Shown piece by piece: positions 23,834 to 34,725 of a stretch of 64,000 nucleotides of DNA. The stretch is from Epithemia pelagica (lineage: Eukaryota > Protista > Bacillariophyta). Made by a program: the position numbers and the translations under genes. Below the pieces are notes generated by a model. It searched no databases, was not told the DNA's origin, and saw only the letters and a program-made list of their open reading frames with translations. The stretch is from NCBI GenBank assembly GCA_946965045.2, contig OX337228.1:2542001-2606000 (forward strand). Reading direction: 5' to 3'. Numbering within the stretch: the stretch's first letter is position 1; each line of letters starts with the position of its first letter.

Positions 23834-26800
23834 ATGGAGTATCATGTCCACAACACCAAAGCGACATCTGAATCTCCATCCTCTTCGTCCAAGGTTAGTC
23901 TACCGCGTGACCTATGGTTCAAACTTTCTGAAGAAGATCGCAAGTTGATCATTGAGTATAACAAGATGATTCAAGCACCTTCATCAACAACACCGAGGAA
24001 AGTGCAAACACATGCCCTCAACATTGATCCGGAACCTGATCCTGACCCCAACCAAGTTGCATCTGATGACGACTCACCTGGCGTAGTCCCTGAGCATCCA
24101 GATGATTCAGATCCGGTTACACAATTTATCAACCAAGCCATGACGACTGATATCAATCACCCGGCAACTGACCTGACTAGTGTTCTTTCTAACGCCAAGT
24201 CCAAGACGAGCAAGAAGGTTACTTTCAAAGCCAACATGCATAAACAAGCAGGACATGTTCCATGCTATTTGTTTTCCAGGAAATCTACTTTACCAGGAAA
24301 TCAATTGATTGACCGTGGTGCTAATGGAGGACTTGCTGGTTCTGACATGCGCATCCTTTCTAAGACTGGCCGCCATATCACTATTGTGGGTATTGATAAC
24401 CACGAACTTACTGGACTTCCTGTCGTCACATGTGCCGCAAAGTTTGAGACCAATGATGGACCTATTGTCGGCATCTTCAATGAATATGCTTATTATGGAA
24501 AAGGCCTATCTATCCATGCTCCTGGTCAATTCGAGCATTTCGGACTTGCTGTTGATGAACGATCTGTTAAAGTTGATGGTAAACAACGCATCACTACACT
24601 TGATGGTCGTGCTGTACCCCTTCACATCAAGGATGGGTTAGCCTACATCCACTCCTTGGGTATCCCCAGCGACGATGACATGAATACCTTACCTCATATC
24701 ATCTTCACGTCACCCGACACATGGGATCCTGGTGTTCTGGACCATTCGTATTCTCCCACACCCTCTCACAATGATCCTGATTGGAAACACGTCAAGACTG
24801 ATGGTAGTATGTCGAACCATCCATATGACAACTATGGGGAGTACACTGATCGTGTTGTTTGTAACCTCAATCTCCTTTTGGATCTCCCATACGATCATGG
24901 ACCTGACGACGCACCCTTCTTTTCTATCTATGCTGACGCAGAAGGTAATGATCCTACGCTTCATGCCTCTGTCCACCGTCGTTACCAGGAAGCGTATGAC
25001 TGGAATAAGTTCCGTCCATTCTTTGGTTGGCAATCTGAAGATGTTATTGCCGATACGTTCAAGCACACTACACGTAATGGTAGCATTACTTTTGACCACG
25101 ACACCCTCAAGAAACATTTCAAGGCTCGCAATCCGGTTCTTAATATACCTCGACGTCATGAACCCGTTGCTACTGACTCGGTTTTCTCCGACACCCCTGC
25201 TGTTGACCATGGCGGTAAAGTTGCACAAATCTTTGTTGGTCGAGATACTCTGGTTACTGATATCTATGGGATCAAGTCAGCCAAACAGTTTGTCAATACT
25301 CTTCAGGACAACATCCGGTTTCGTGGTGCCATGGAGACTCTTATCAGTGATGGTGGTTCATCTCTCATCTCTCAAAAGGTCAAAGACATTCTTTGCACTT
25401 TGCTTATTGGAGAGTATCGATCCGAACCTTATCATCAACACCAGAATAAGGCTGAAAACCGTTACCAGACCGTCAAACGTATGACCAACGCTCTCATGAA
25501 TGCCACTGGTTGCCCTGCCAACACCTGGCTTCTTTGCTTTGAGTATGTCTGTGACTTATTGAACCATACATCATCACCCACCCATTCCGGTCGCACTCCT
25601 CTTGAGGCTCTCTCCGGACGCCCACCCGACATTACTCATCTCTTGTTCTTTGCTTTCTGGGATGAGGTTTACTACCGTGTCGACCCCGCTGAACCCACTT
25701 CTGGTTCATATCCATCTTCTTCTGATGAGAAACTTGGCCACTGGGCTGGTTTTGCTCACAACGTTGGTGATTCTTTTACTTGGAAGATTCTCACCCAGGA
25801 TAACCAGATAATCTACCGTTCTGCCGTTCGCCGTGTTGTATCCACTACACCTAACCTACGTGTGGATCGACCTTCAGGGGAGGATTTGTCTGAGAAGGAT
25901 GACAATGATAAGCAAGCTGACACTGTCTTCATTCGCAGTGATAGTGAAGATCCATCCAAACCAATGCCCACGATCGATTTTGACGACATGATAGGACGCA
26001 CATTCCTATGCGACACAGAAGAAAATGGGGAGCGACACCGTGCACGTGTCATGAAACGAGTCATTGATCTTAATGAAGAAGCAACGAAACAGGAAGAACG
26101 TGTCAAGTACATCTACCGAAAGACAAATTCTGATGTTGATGAGATGATATCCTATAATCAACTCATGGAGTATATCGAACGAGATAACCAAGCTCAAACC
26201 TCTGGAGATAATCTTTTCAGGTTCAGGGACGTCATTGCCCATCAAGGCCCACTGAACACAACTGATCCAGATTACAAGGGGAGCAAATATAATTTGCTTG
26301 TTGATTGGGAAACTGGGGAGACTACCTATGAACCTTTATCACTCATCGCCAATGATGATCCGATCACTGTAGCAATTTATGGAAAGAAACATGGTTTACT
26401 CAACAAACCTGGATGGAAGCATTTGAAACGTTATGTCAAAACAAGCAAACGTCTCATTCGAGCAGCCAAACAGTCAAGGATTAAACAAGTTCACCATTCC
26501 CTCAAGTATAAGTTTGGATTCCAAGTACCACGCAATTATGAGGAAGCTGTCGCTCTTGATAAACAACATGGCAACACAAAGTGGCAGGATGCAACAGAAT
26601 TAGAATTGTCACAGATCCAGTCCTACAAGACATTCAAGGATTTTGGGAAAGCCATCTTCATTAAAGGGAAAGTATCCAATGCACCTGAAGGATATCATAA
26701 GATACGTGTACATCTTGTCTTTGACGTAAAACATGATGGACGACATAAAGCAAGACTTGTCGCAGATGGACATCTCACAAAAGAACCTGTTGAGACAATC

Positions 26801-28267
26801 TATTCAGGTGTTGTTTCCATTCGCAACCTCCGCATTGCCTTATTCCTGGGTACTTTGAATGACTTGGAAATATGGGGAGCAGATATTGGAAACGCATATC
26901 TGGAAGCCTTGACAGGGGAGAAAATCTTCATAGTCGCAGGACCTGAATTCAAGGAATTAGAAGGTCACATCCTGATTATATACAAGGCACTTTATGGATT
27001 GAAGTCATCAGGCGCACGCTGGCATGATGTCTTATTCGATGTTTTGACAGACATGGGATTTTCACCAAGCAAAGCAGATCCGGATATCTGGATGAGGAAA
27101 GCACCTGGAGAAGACTGTTACGAATACATTGCCGTATACGTTGATGACTTAGCCATTATTTCTACTGATCCTGGGAATATCTGCAAGATCCTGAAGGAGA
27201 AATACAACTTCAAACTCAAAGGAGATGGACCTATTGATTTCCACTTGGGATGTTGTTACACCAAGGATTCTGATGGAACATTAGTAGCAGATCCAAGACG
27301 CTACATTGGTAAGATGATGGACACTTTCGAACGAATCTTCAAGGAGAAACCCAAGAAAGACAAAACACCTCTCATTGGTGGAGACCATCCTGAATTGGAT
27401 GATTCTGAGCTCCTTGATGAAGAAGGTACTAGCCATTTCCAAACTCTGATTGGACAACTCCAATGGGTGATCACTATTGGTCGTTTCGACGTCTTCACCG
27501 CTACAATGACGCTATCACGCTTTCGTGCTGCTCCGAGGAAAGGACATCTTGATAGAGCCAAGCGTATCTATGGATACCTTGCACATCTCCCAGAAGGCGC
27601 AATCAGATTTAGGATTGGAGAGCCTGATTATTCAAGTCTTCCTACCCAAGAATTTGATTGGACTGGCACTGTCTATTCGAATGCAAGTGAACGTATCCCT
27701 GAAGACTGCCCAACACCTCTTGGCCGCTATGTTACCACAACTCATTATGTTGATGCCAATCTCATGCATGACATAGTCACTGGTAAATCCGTCACTGCTG
27801 TTCTACATTTGTTGAACGGAACACCTATTGACTGGTACAGCAAGAGACAGAGCACGGTGGAAACTGCTACCTATGGATCCAAGTTTGTAGCTGCAAGGAC
27901 AGCAATAGATCAGATTACAGAATTACGACATTCTCTCCGCTACCTTGGAGTACCTATCCGAGAGCAAAGTTACATGTACGGAGATAACAGATCTGTTGTG
28001 CTCAATGCAACCGTTCCTCATTCCATACTATCCAAGAGACACCATCTTCTGTCATACCACCGAGTTCGTGAAGTCATCGCAGCAAAGTATGTTGCATTCT
28101 ACTGGAAAGATGGAAAGACCAACCCTGCCGATATCCTTAGCAAACATTGGGATTTCGTATCTATTTGGCCCATGCTCAAGCCATTGTTGTTTTGGAAAGG
28201 AGAAGTTCAAGACCTCAACAAATCCAATGATGACAAGGCTGAAACGACGAGTTGTGGGGAGTGTTAG
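23834..28267 (+). CDS. Copia pol (protease, integrase, RT, RNase H)
   Basis: PR LIDRGANGG; IN ATDSVF...LISDG...AENRYQ; RT HKARLVADG, ADIGNAYL, LYGLKSSG, YVDDL; RH YVDAN...GDN...ADILSK. Confidence 0.95.
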   Translation: MEYHVHNTKATSESPSSSSKVSLPRDLWFKLSEEDRKLIIEYNKMIQAPSSTTPRKVQTHALNIDPEPDPDPNQVASDDDSPGVVPEHPDDSDPVTQFINQAMTTDINHPATDLTSVLSNAKSKTSKKVTFKANMHKQAGHVPCYLFSRKSTLPGNQLIDRGANGGLAGSDMRILSKTGRHITIVGIDNHELTGLPVVTCAAKFETNDGPIVGIFNEYAYYGKGLSIHAPGQFEHFGLAVDERSVKVDGKQRITTLDGRAVPLHIKDGLAYIHSLGIPSDDDMNTLPHIIFTSPDTWDPGVLDHSYSPTPSHNDPDWKHVKTDGSMSNHPYDNYGEYTDRVVCNLNLLLDLPYDHGPDDAPFFSIYADAEGNDPTLHASVHRRYQEAYDWNKFRPFFGWQSEDVIADTFKHTTRNGSITFDHDTLKKHFKARNPVLNIPRRHEPVATDSVFSDTPAVDHGGKVAQIFVGRDTLVTDIYGIKSAKQFVNTLQDNIRFRGAMETLISDGGSSLISQKVKDILCTLLIGEYRSEPYHQHQNKAENRYQTVKRMTNALMNATGCPANTWLLCFEYVCDLLNHTSSPTHSGRTPLEALSGRPPDITHLLFFAFWDEVYYRVDPAEPTSGSYPSSSDEKLGHWAGFAHNVGDSFTWKILTQDNQIIYRSAVRRVVSTTPNLRVDRPSGEDLSEKDDNDKQADTVFIRSDSEDPSKPMPTIDFDDMIGRTFLCDTEENGERHRARVMKRVIDLNEEATKQEERVKYIYRKTNSDVDEMISYNQLMEYIERDNQAQTSGDNLFRFRDVIAHQGPLNTTDPDYKGSKYNLLVDWETGETTYEPLSLIANDDPITVAIYGKKHGLLNKPGWKHLKRYVKTSKRLIRAAKQSRIKQVHHSLKYKFGFQVPRNYEEAVALDKQHGNTKWQDATELELSQIQSYKTFKDFGKAIFIKGKVSNAPEGYHKIRVHLVFDVKHDGRHKARLVADGHLTKEPVETIYSGVVSIRNLRIALFLGTLNDLEIWGADIGNAYLEALTGEKIFIVAGPEFKELEGHILIIYKALYGLKSSGARWHDVLFDVLTDMGFSPSKADPDIWMRKAPGEDCYEYIAVYVDDLAIISTDPGNICKILKEKYNFKLKGDGPIDFHLGCCYTKDSDGTLVADPRRYIGKMMDTFERIFKEKPKKDKTPLIGGDHPELDDSELLDEEGTSHFQTLIGQLQWVITIGRFDVFTATMTLSRFRAAPRKGHLDRAKRIYGYLAHLPEGAIRFRIGEPDYSSLPTQEFDWTGTVYSNASERIPEDCPTPLGRYVTTTHYVDANLMHDIVTGKSVTAVLHLLNGTPIDWYSKRQSTVETATYGSKFVAARTAIDQITELRHSLRYLGVPIREQSYMYGDNRSVVLNATVPHSILSKRHHLLSYHRVREVIAAKYVAFYWKDGKTNPADILSKHWDFVSIWPMLKPLLFWKGEVQDLNKSNDDKAETTSCGEC

Positions 28268-29045
28268 AATTCTCACCGTCTATGGTGGTTAGATTCTACA
28301 TCTCATCGATTCCCCATGTCACATAGCCTCGTGCTATCGCATCATGCCATCTAGCTTCGAGCTATGTTCCCTAGCTTTGCGCTATATCGACCTATATTTC
28401 TTCGCAAATCATGAAAAGTGAGAATAGATTGACGAACTCACTCTCAAGACTAAACTGGGTCGTGCGGTATTACAACGGACGTAAATTTGGCCGTTGCTCG
28501 GACATTATACTAACGCCCTAAGCGTACGCGCCCGAAATCATCGAGCGCGCCCAAGCGACATCCGAGCGCTGTCGGCATCTATCCAACCCAACGGTCTAAG
28601 TATCCCAAGCACGACACACGATCACGCGAGACCATATTTCCATTCCCACAATCTCCAAATTGTCAACAAGCTGCGCGCCATGAAAACAACTATGCCAATC
28701 CAAAGCAAGAGCTGTTGACCCTGTATATGTTATCCGTCCACATATACATGTCATATACATCACATGAATCGACTCCAACTATTCCAAACCTGTTGCCGCC
28801 AAGAACCTATGACACATGACCCTTGGCAGGACCGAACATTTCACGTTGACCTATCGTAGTAATCAACACACAATCTAACAATATCACCATTTATCACATC
28901 CTCTTTTGTGTCCCGACTATCCTTTTGATAGACTACGACTTGCTTTCCTCTCTTACCCGTGGAGAGGTTTGTATCGGTTGGTGACTACCTGATTGTCTGC
29001 TCTACCGAGCATCAATGCCACTGCGATTCAGAAAGAATTGTAACA
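28262..29045 (+). repeat. 3' LTR
   Basis: Direct repeat of 20661-21444. Confidence 0.97.
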
Positions 29046-30329
29046 CTGTCATGGTGAAGGGTGTTGACACCAATGTGGTGCTGCTCATCATCCTCGTTGT
29101 CTTGATCATACCAACTGGGAGCAGGCTCCTCATCCGAAGTGACATCCTGCCCAACCAAGACTAGATGCCCATTACCATTGATGGTGCTGTCATTGGTGGT
29201 GGTTGTCGCGGTGGCGATGTTGTTGGCAGAGCTGTTGCTGTTGTTGTTGGTGGTGGTGGTGGGGATGGGAGTGTTGTTGTTCGTCGTGGTGGCGTTGACG
29301 TTGTTGTTGGCCGTGTTGTGGTTGGTGTTGGTCGTTGCCACTGTGGTGGTGGTGAGGATGTTGGCGGTGTTGTTGTTTGTGGTGGTGGTGACGTTGCTGT
29401 TGTTCACATTGTTGTTGTTGTTGTTGGCGGCGGTGGCGGTGGTCGTCGTCGTGGCAACGTTGTTGCTGACATTGTTGTTGTTGCTGATGGTCGTCGTCGT
29501 CGGGGCAATGTTACTGTTGGTGTTGTTGGTGGTGGTGGTGGTGGTCGTCGTGGTCATTGTCGTGGCAATGTTGCTTGCTGCAGTGCTATTGTTGTTGTTG
29601 TCGGTGGTGACAGTGCGGGGGCATTGTTGTTGTGGGTGGTGGTGGTGGTGACGTTGTTGTTGGTGGTTGTGTTGGTGTTGTTTTTTTCGTTTTTTTGTTG
29701 TTGTTTGTGGTGGTGGTGGTGACAATGTTATTGGTGGCGGTGTTGTTGTTGTTGATGTTGTTGTCGTTGGTCGTCGTCGTTGTCGTGGCGATGTTGTTGG
29801 CGGTGTTGACATTGTTGTTGTAGGTCGTCGTCGTGGCGATGTTGTTGGCGGTGGAGGAGACGTTGTTGTTGTTGGTCGTCGTCGTTGTGGCGATGTTGTT
29901 GGCGCTGTCGACATTGTTGTTGGTGGTGGTGGTCGTCGTCGTCGTGGCGATGTTGTTGGCAGTGTCGACGTTGTTGTTGGTGGTGGTGGTCGTCGTCGTC
30001 GTGGCGATGTTGTTGGCGGTGTCGACGTTGTTGTTGTTGGTGGTGGTGGTCGTCGTCGTGGCCACGAGGATGTTGTTGGAAGTGGTGACATTGTTGTTGG
30101 TGGTGTTGCTGCCATTCTGCTGTTCCCCAGGAAAGTGCTCGTTCACGTACGGCCAACGCACCTGCTGCGAAGACTTGGTCTCTCGTTTTCCATTCTTGGC
30201 TCCTGTGGTCTTATCCACAAACTCAACTTCCCAACGATGCTTCTCTGTCGCTCCAACGACAATCACGGGGACATCTCCTCGTTTGACAAACACCTTGGAT
30301 CCAACGGTAATACGCTTCGTAGGGGCCAT
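29046..30329 (-). pseudogene. piggyBac-like transposase, 5' part (MAPTKR..., Thr/Asn repeat region, two apparent -1 frameshifts)
   Basis: ...HIGVNTLHH-D-S joins in frame to EGVEIGSF... once the Copia and one TSD copy are removed. The frame switches near A-runs (~29680-29700) and a C/G-run (~29620). Confidence 0.75.
29170..30110. repeat. Degenerate GTT/GGT/GTC triplet array with ~55-60 bp higher-order units (TTTTTTNNNVDTANNIA on the minus strand)
   Basis: Repeated gtcgtcgtcgtggcgatgttgttggc(a/g/c)gtgtcgac(g/a)ttgttgtt units. Confidence 0.95.
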
Positions 30330-30830
30330 GATGATGATGGGCGATGGATTTCTTTTTGCTTCTCTCTTGCTTGGACTCTTGTCAAACAACAAACTAGAAC
30401 GATTGCAATCTTGTTCTCCGGTTTATTGTGGCATCTTCGGTCTCCAACAACAGCGTTGCAGCCCGTCCCCGGGAAGGTCGGCCGGGGCAAAGAATCCCAT
30501 GCTGATCCAACCCATTTGTTCACTAGAGGGAATGCATATCTTTCTTTATCTAGGGAGTATTGGTGGAGAAGATCCATGCATGTTGTTCGATCTGCGGATC
30601 TACTTCCGAGTTAGTACCCGTGCGCCAAAATTCCAAAATCTGCACTTCCGAGCTAAGACCCGTGCGCCAAGGAAACGCGCGCACATGAACTCGCGAGCAT
30701 ACCAACGGATGGTTCTTATGGGTCAACAGACATGAACGGCATCATGGATCGTGGGAACCTCATCCTTCCAGTCTTACAAAGAACCCAACGTATATGATCA
30801 CTCATCAAATTGAGTAAGAATGGCCTTGTC

Positions 30831-31105
30831 AACAGATGTGCCCAACTGTGCCCAACTGTGCCCAACTGTGCACCACAGTGCCGAATGCCAAAAAGTGTTT
30901 TCCGAAATCCATATCTAGATCCACACCTACTAGGATTGGTGCCGGGGGATGGTTGGCGCTCGAAAGAAGACATGTTCGGGCTCAAGATTGAGCCCCAGCA
31001 TGTGTTCATACTTCATACGACCATTTTTGATGAAGTTACAAGTAGCTAAAGTTTGTGCCCAATGGGCACAAACTAGGCGTCCTGGGCACTTCCAGCTACG
31101 AGGCA
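30831..31105. repeat. Right TIR of piggyBac-like element
   Basis: Reverse complement of 15807-16065. Confidence 0.92.
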
Positions 31106-32004
31106 CTATCCTCTAGCTCGAGAAGCTACCAGGGACTACCCACTACCATCGGCTACCTACCTAATCGTGCTTCTCGTTATCTTATGGGCTATCTTGGCAT
31201 CTTGATGCCATATTCTTGGTGCTTAAATCAATCTCAGCTAAATATATCGAAGGCATAATAAAGTTTCCATGAACGACTAGGCCAAATTTTCAAATGCGAT
31301 CTCCATGGCATATCAGTCTACTACATACACCTATAGTCTTCCTTAATTCGAGAGCTATACTCATGTATTTAGGGGCTCTTTCCAGTCTTCGCATGGGCAA
31401 TCAATTTTTTCGAAACAGTCGTTCGAGAGACGGTCAACGTTGGAATAGCCGTCTCCGTGAGCTTTTCTCTCCGACGGAGGGCATATTCACGACCAGGAAC
31501 AGCCACGATTAGTGCCGAACACTTGCCTCATCATGGGCTTAACTAGAAATTACTGGTTGGAGGCAGTAAACTGACTGGTGGATGTTCAAAAAGCCCTCCT
31601 AATTCGCAATTCGCAAAGTGCAAAATACCAGATGGTCTACTCGTACTTCAGCCTCTTGATCTACGCCCAATTTCATCCAGCTCCTTCAAACGTTCCCCCC
31701 GCCATCGACGGGGCAATTCATTTTCGTTCAAACAGAAAACAGAAAGACGGTCACACACACACAAGGCAGAAGGCAGGTCACACTTCTCAGGAACCCTTTT
31801 CTGCACAGGGTCATACAAGCAATAACAGCTGTAGCTCTCGTAGTAGTACGTCTTTACGTCAAAAGGGGGTATTTTTTGAAAACTCGTACCACCGCGCGGC
31901 AACTCCGCGTTGTGTCTACTGCGTTCTCAGCACTCCGCTTGTTCGCCGATTTCAGAAGAAAATTGCCCAGTTACACGCACAACAACAGAGTAGTAATAAG
32001 AAGG

Positions 32005-34147
32005 ATGATGCCCCACTCGTCTTCACCCACAACGGCGGAGGAGCAAAACAACAACATCTCGTTTTCAGTATCGACAGCGCCCAACTCGGCGATGTACAGC
32101 AACAGCCACCGTGGCAGCCAACCCATGAATCGGAACGTACATTCAAGCCATGGCTACGGTGGAGGTCCCGGAAGTGATGGCACAGGCAGAGGGGGCAGTC
32201 ATCACCATCACCTACACGGCATGAATCCAGGCAACAATCCCACAATGGATTCTTACTCGACGGGCAGATCTTCCAGTCGAATGACACTTCAACAAAATAG
32301 CATGGGTTCGAATGCCCCGTTGACTCCTGGAGGGGGCATGGGGAATAGTAGTTACCCAGGACAGTCATCACAAGACGCTGGCAGTCCTGTCACTACCTCA
32401 GCCATGGGTTCCAACATGGGATATGGAGGAGCCATGGACTCCATGAGTCATTCTGGTATGATGGGAAATAATATGTTTGATTTGAGAGGCAGTAGTGGAA
32501 GCGGTGGACATCAAAGCATGGGGAGCTACTCGGGAGCCGTTCCGGGTCCTTCTGATCTTGATTCCAGAAGTTTAATGGCAACGGCCTCTCGTCGAAGTGG
32601 TGGTGGTGGTGGTAGTAGCAGTGGACGGTCCAGTAGCGGTGCAGCAGGTTCCTCGTCGTCATCGGGGGCGGCTGGTGGGTCCAGTCGTCAAACGCAAGAA
32701 GGTTCTTCCAGTCGGTCTTCCACTAGTGGCAGTTTGAGTCAGGCCGAGCGGGAAGAAGAATTGCTGTTGAATCTACTGATAGCTCGTAGACAACGAGGAC
32801 GCAGTGCTGGAGGAGAACCATCACCGGCATTGCGAGATGAATTGATGCGTATTCGGCAACAAGGCGGAATGGACCCCAGTAGTATGGGTGGAGCCAGTAG
32901 CTTGCTCGGTGGCAGTGCGAGCAGTGGTGGAACCATGGGAGGCTCAGGTGTCGGACCGGGAGCGTCGAGCAGCTCGTTACCACCACAAATGCATGGACTT
33001 CCTTCAATGTATGATGGGGGTATGAGTTCTGGAATGATGGGAAATAGTAACAGCAACGCTTCGTCGGGGTATCCATCTGGGGTGAGTTCTTGTAAAATCC
33101 CGAATGTTGTTCATGAGAAGTGAGAATAGGGAAAAGATTATCATGCATTGTATTGGTCTCCAATGGCGACAAACGTACTGCAACCGCATTCCTGTCATTC
33201 CGGTGTCCTTACAAGTATTGCTTTTGTTGTTATGATCGTTTTCTTACTATCAATAGGATATGGGAGATCAGCGAATCGATCGGACTCCGCATTATTTGAT
33301 GGACGCACGAACACAAGACATGATGGGATACCGATCAGGTGGTTCCGGTGGGGGTATGTCAACCGGAGGTGGTCCTTCCGCTGGTATGAAACGAGGGGCA
33401 CCCAGCATGCCTTATGACCCGTCTGGCTTTGTACCTAATAATCAGCTCAAGTACCCTTCGTATGGAATGATGACACATCCACATGCCATGGTACATACAC
33501 AAAACGTTCATGGCGCAATGGGGGGCGGGGGCGTTATGATGGGATCGGGTATGCCTCCGCCTTCAAAGAAACGACGGTCACATAAAAAGAAACCAGCGGA
33601 CATGCCGCGACGACCATTGTCGGCGTACAATCTCTTCTTTTCCGAAGAAAGAGAGAGAATTCTCAAAGAAATCGATGGCAAAGAAGATGGAGGTGAAAAC
33701 AAAGACGAAGATGGTGACAAGAAGGAGGATGAGGGCAACGATGATGTGCCGCCGACGGAAGAGGATAAGAAAGAAACCGATAAACCCAAAGCATTGCTCC
33801 GTCCGCTGATACCCAGTCAGAAGAAGCGAAGACCGCATCGTAAGACACATGGAAAGATATCCTTTCAGCAGCTTGCTCGTATGGTGGGAGAAAGATGGAA
33901 GTCCTTGCCGGAGGATCGTAGAAAGTATTACCAAAATTTGGCACAAGAAGATATGAAACGACAAAAAGAGGCCATGGAGGAATATTACGCGCGGCAGCAA
34001 GCCATTAAGCATGGAACTGCACCTCCGAGCGTTGATAAGTCATCGGTGAAGGCAGAGGATGAAGATGAGGAGGACGATCCAACTCCCAAAGCATTGGAAC
34101 CACAGGTACAAGAAGGCATGGTCGGGGGCGAACGATCCGATCTCTAA
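32005..34147 (+). CDS. HMG-box DNA-binding protein with long Gly/Ser/Met-rich N-terminus; intron 33082-33256
   Basis: PRRPLSAYNLFFSEERERIL ... HGKISFQQLARMVGERWKSLPEDRRKYYQNLA. A phase-0 GT-AG intron joins the two ORFs. Confidence 0.88.
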
Positions 34148-34725
34148 ATCAACAACGAGAGAGAAAGTGTAGCTGGGGTGGGAGAGTTCTTGTTACGTAT
34201 GATCATTTTCATGACGAGTTGTTTGTATCATTAGTCATGTACAGGTTTTTGCAACACCAACAAGTCTGAAAACCTCTTGCTTAGTAGGGCGATTGCTAAG
34301 TGGAAGCGTTTGATTGCTGCAGCTGAAACCATTCAATCGGAATGTCAAAGAAGCACGCGTAACAGATCTGTTAGCTACCGAGTGAAATGGCCTCCTAATC
34401 CCACTGTAAACTGTTTTCCCATGGTCCATCCACACTTCAATCCTTTTTATGTGTAATGTGGCGCACCCCCAGAAAACGGGGGACCATGGCATTCTTTTTG
34501 GGGTCGCATATCAGACGCGGATTGGCCACTACGTCGTCGTCGCTCTCACACACATCTCATGCCAACGTGCACATCCGCATATCCATCTCTTCCAATGATA
34601 CCAGAAATGAGGCGAACGCTTATTGAACTACGACTGAAATTTGAGAGCTTGAATAGCAACACTTGCAACAACTCTGTTCATTTCTTGCAGATCGCACAAA
34701 GAGTGTAACGTTGCAGGTTTATCCA

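Larger units (their letters stand above)
20661..29045 (+). mobile_element. Full-length Ty1/Copia LTR retrotransposon (diatom CoDi-like), 8385 bp
   Basis: 784-bp LTRs TG...CA at 20661-21444 and 28262-29045. 5-bp TSD CTGTC at 20656-20660 and 29046-29050. PR-IN-RT-RH order. Short PPT GTGGGGAG before the 3' LTR. Confidence 0.97.

Noticed and set aside
29820-30060. CRISPR-like repeat-spacer array
   Set aside because: Units are degenerate coding triplet repeats without unique spacers; there are no cas genes and the context is eukaryotic.
29139-30735. Long + strand Val/Gly/Leu/Cys-rich ORFs
   Set aside because: Antisense shadows of the triplet array.
34419-34489. 9-bp inverted repeat CCATGGTCC/GGACCATGG (MITE or ncRNA?)
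   Set aside because: Too short, no TSD and no second copy.
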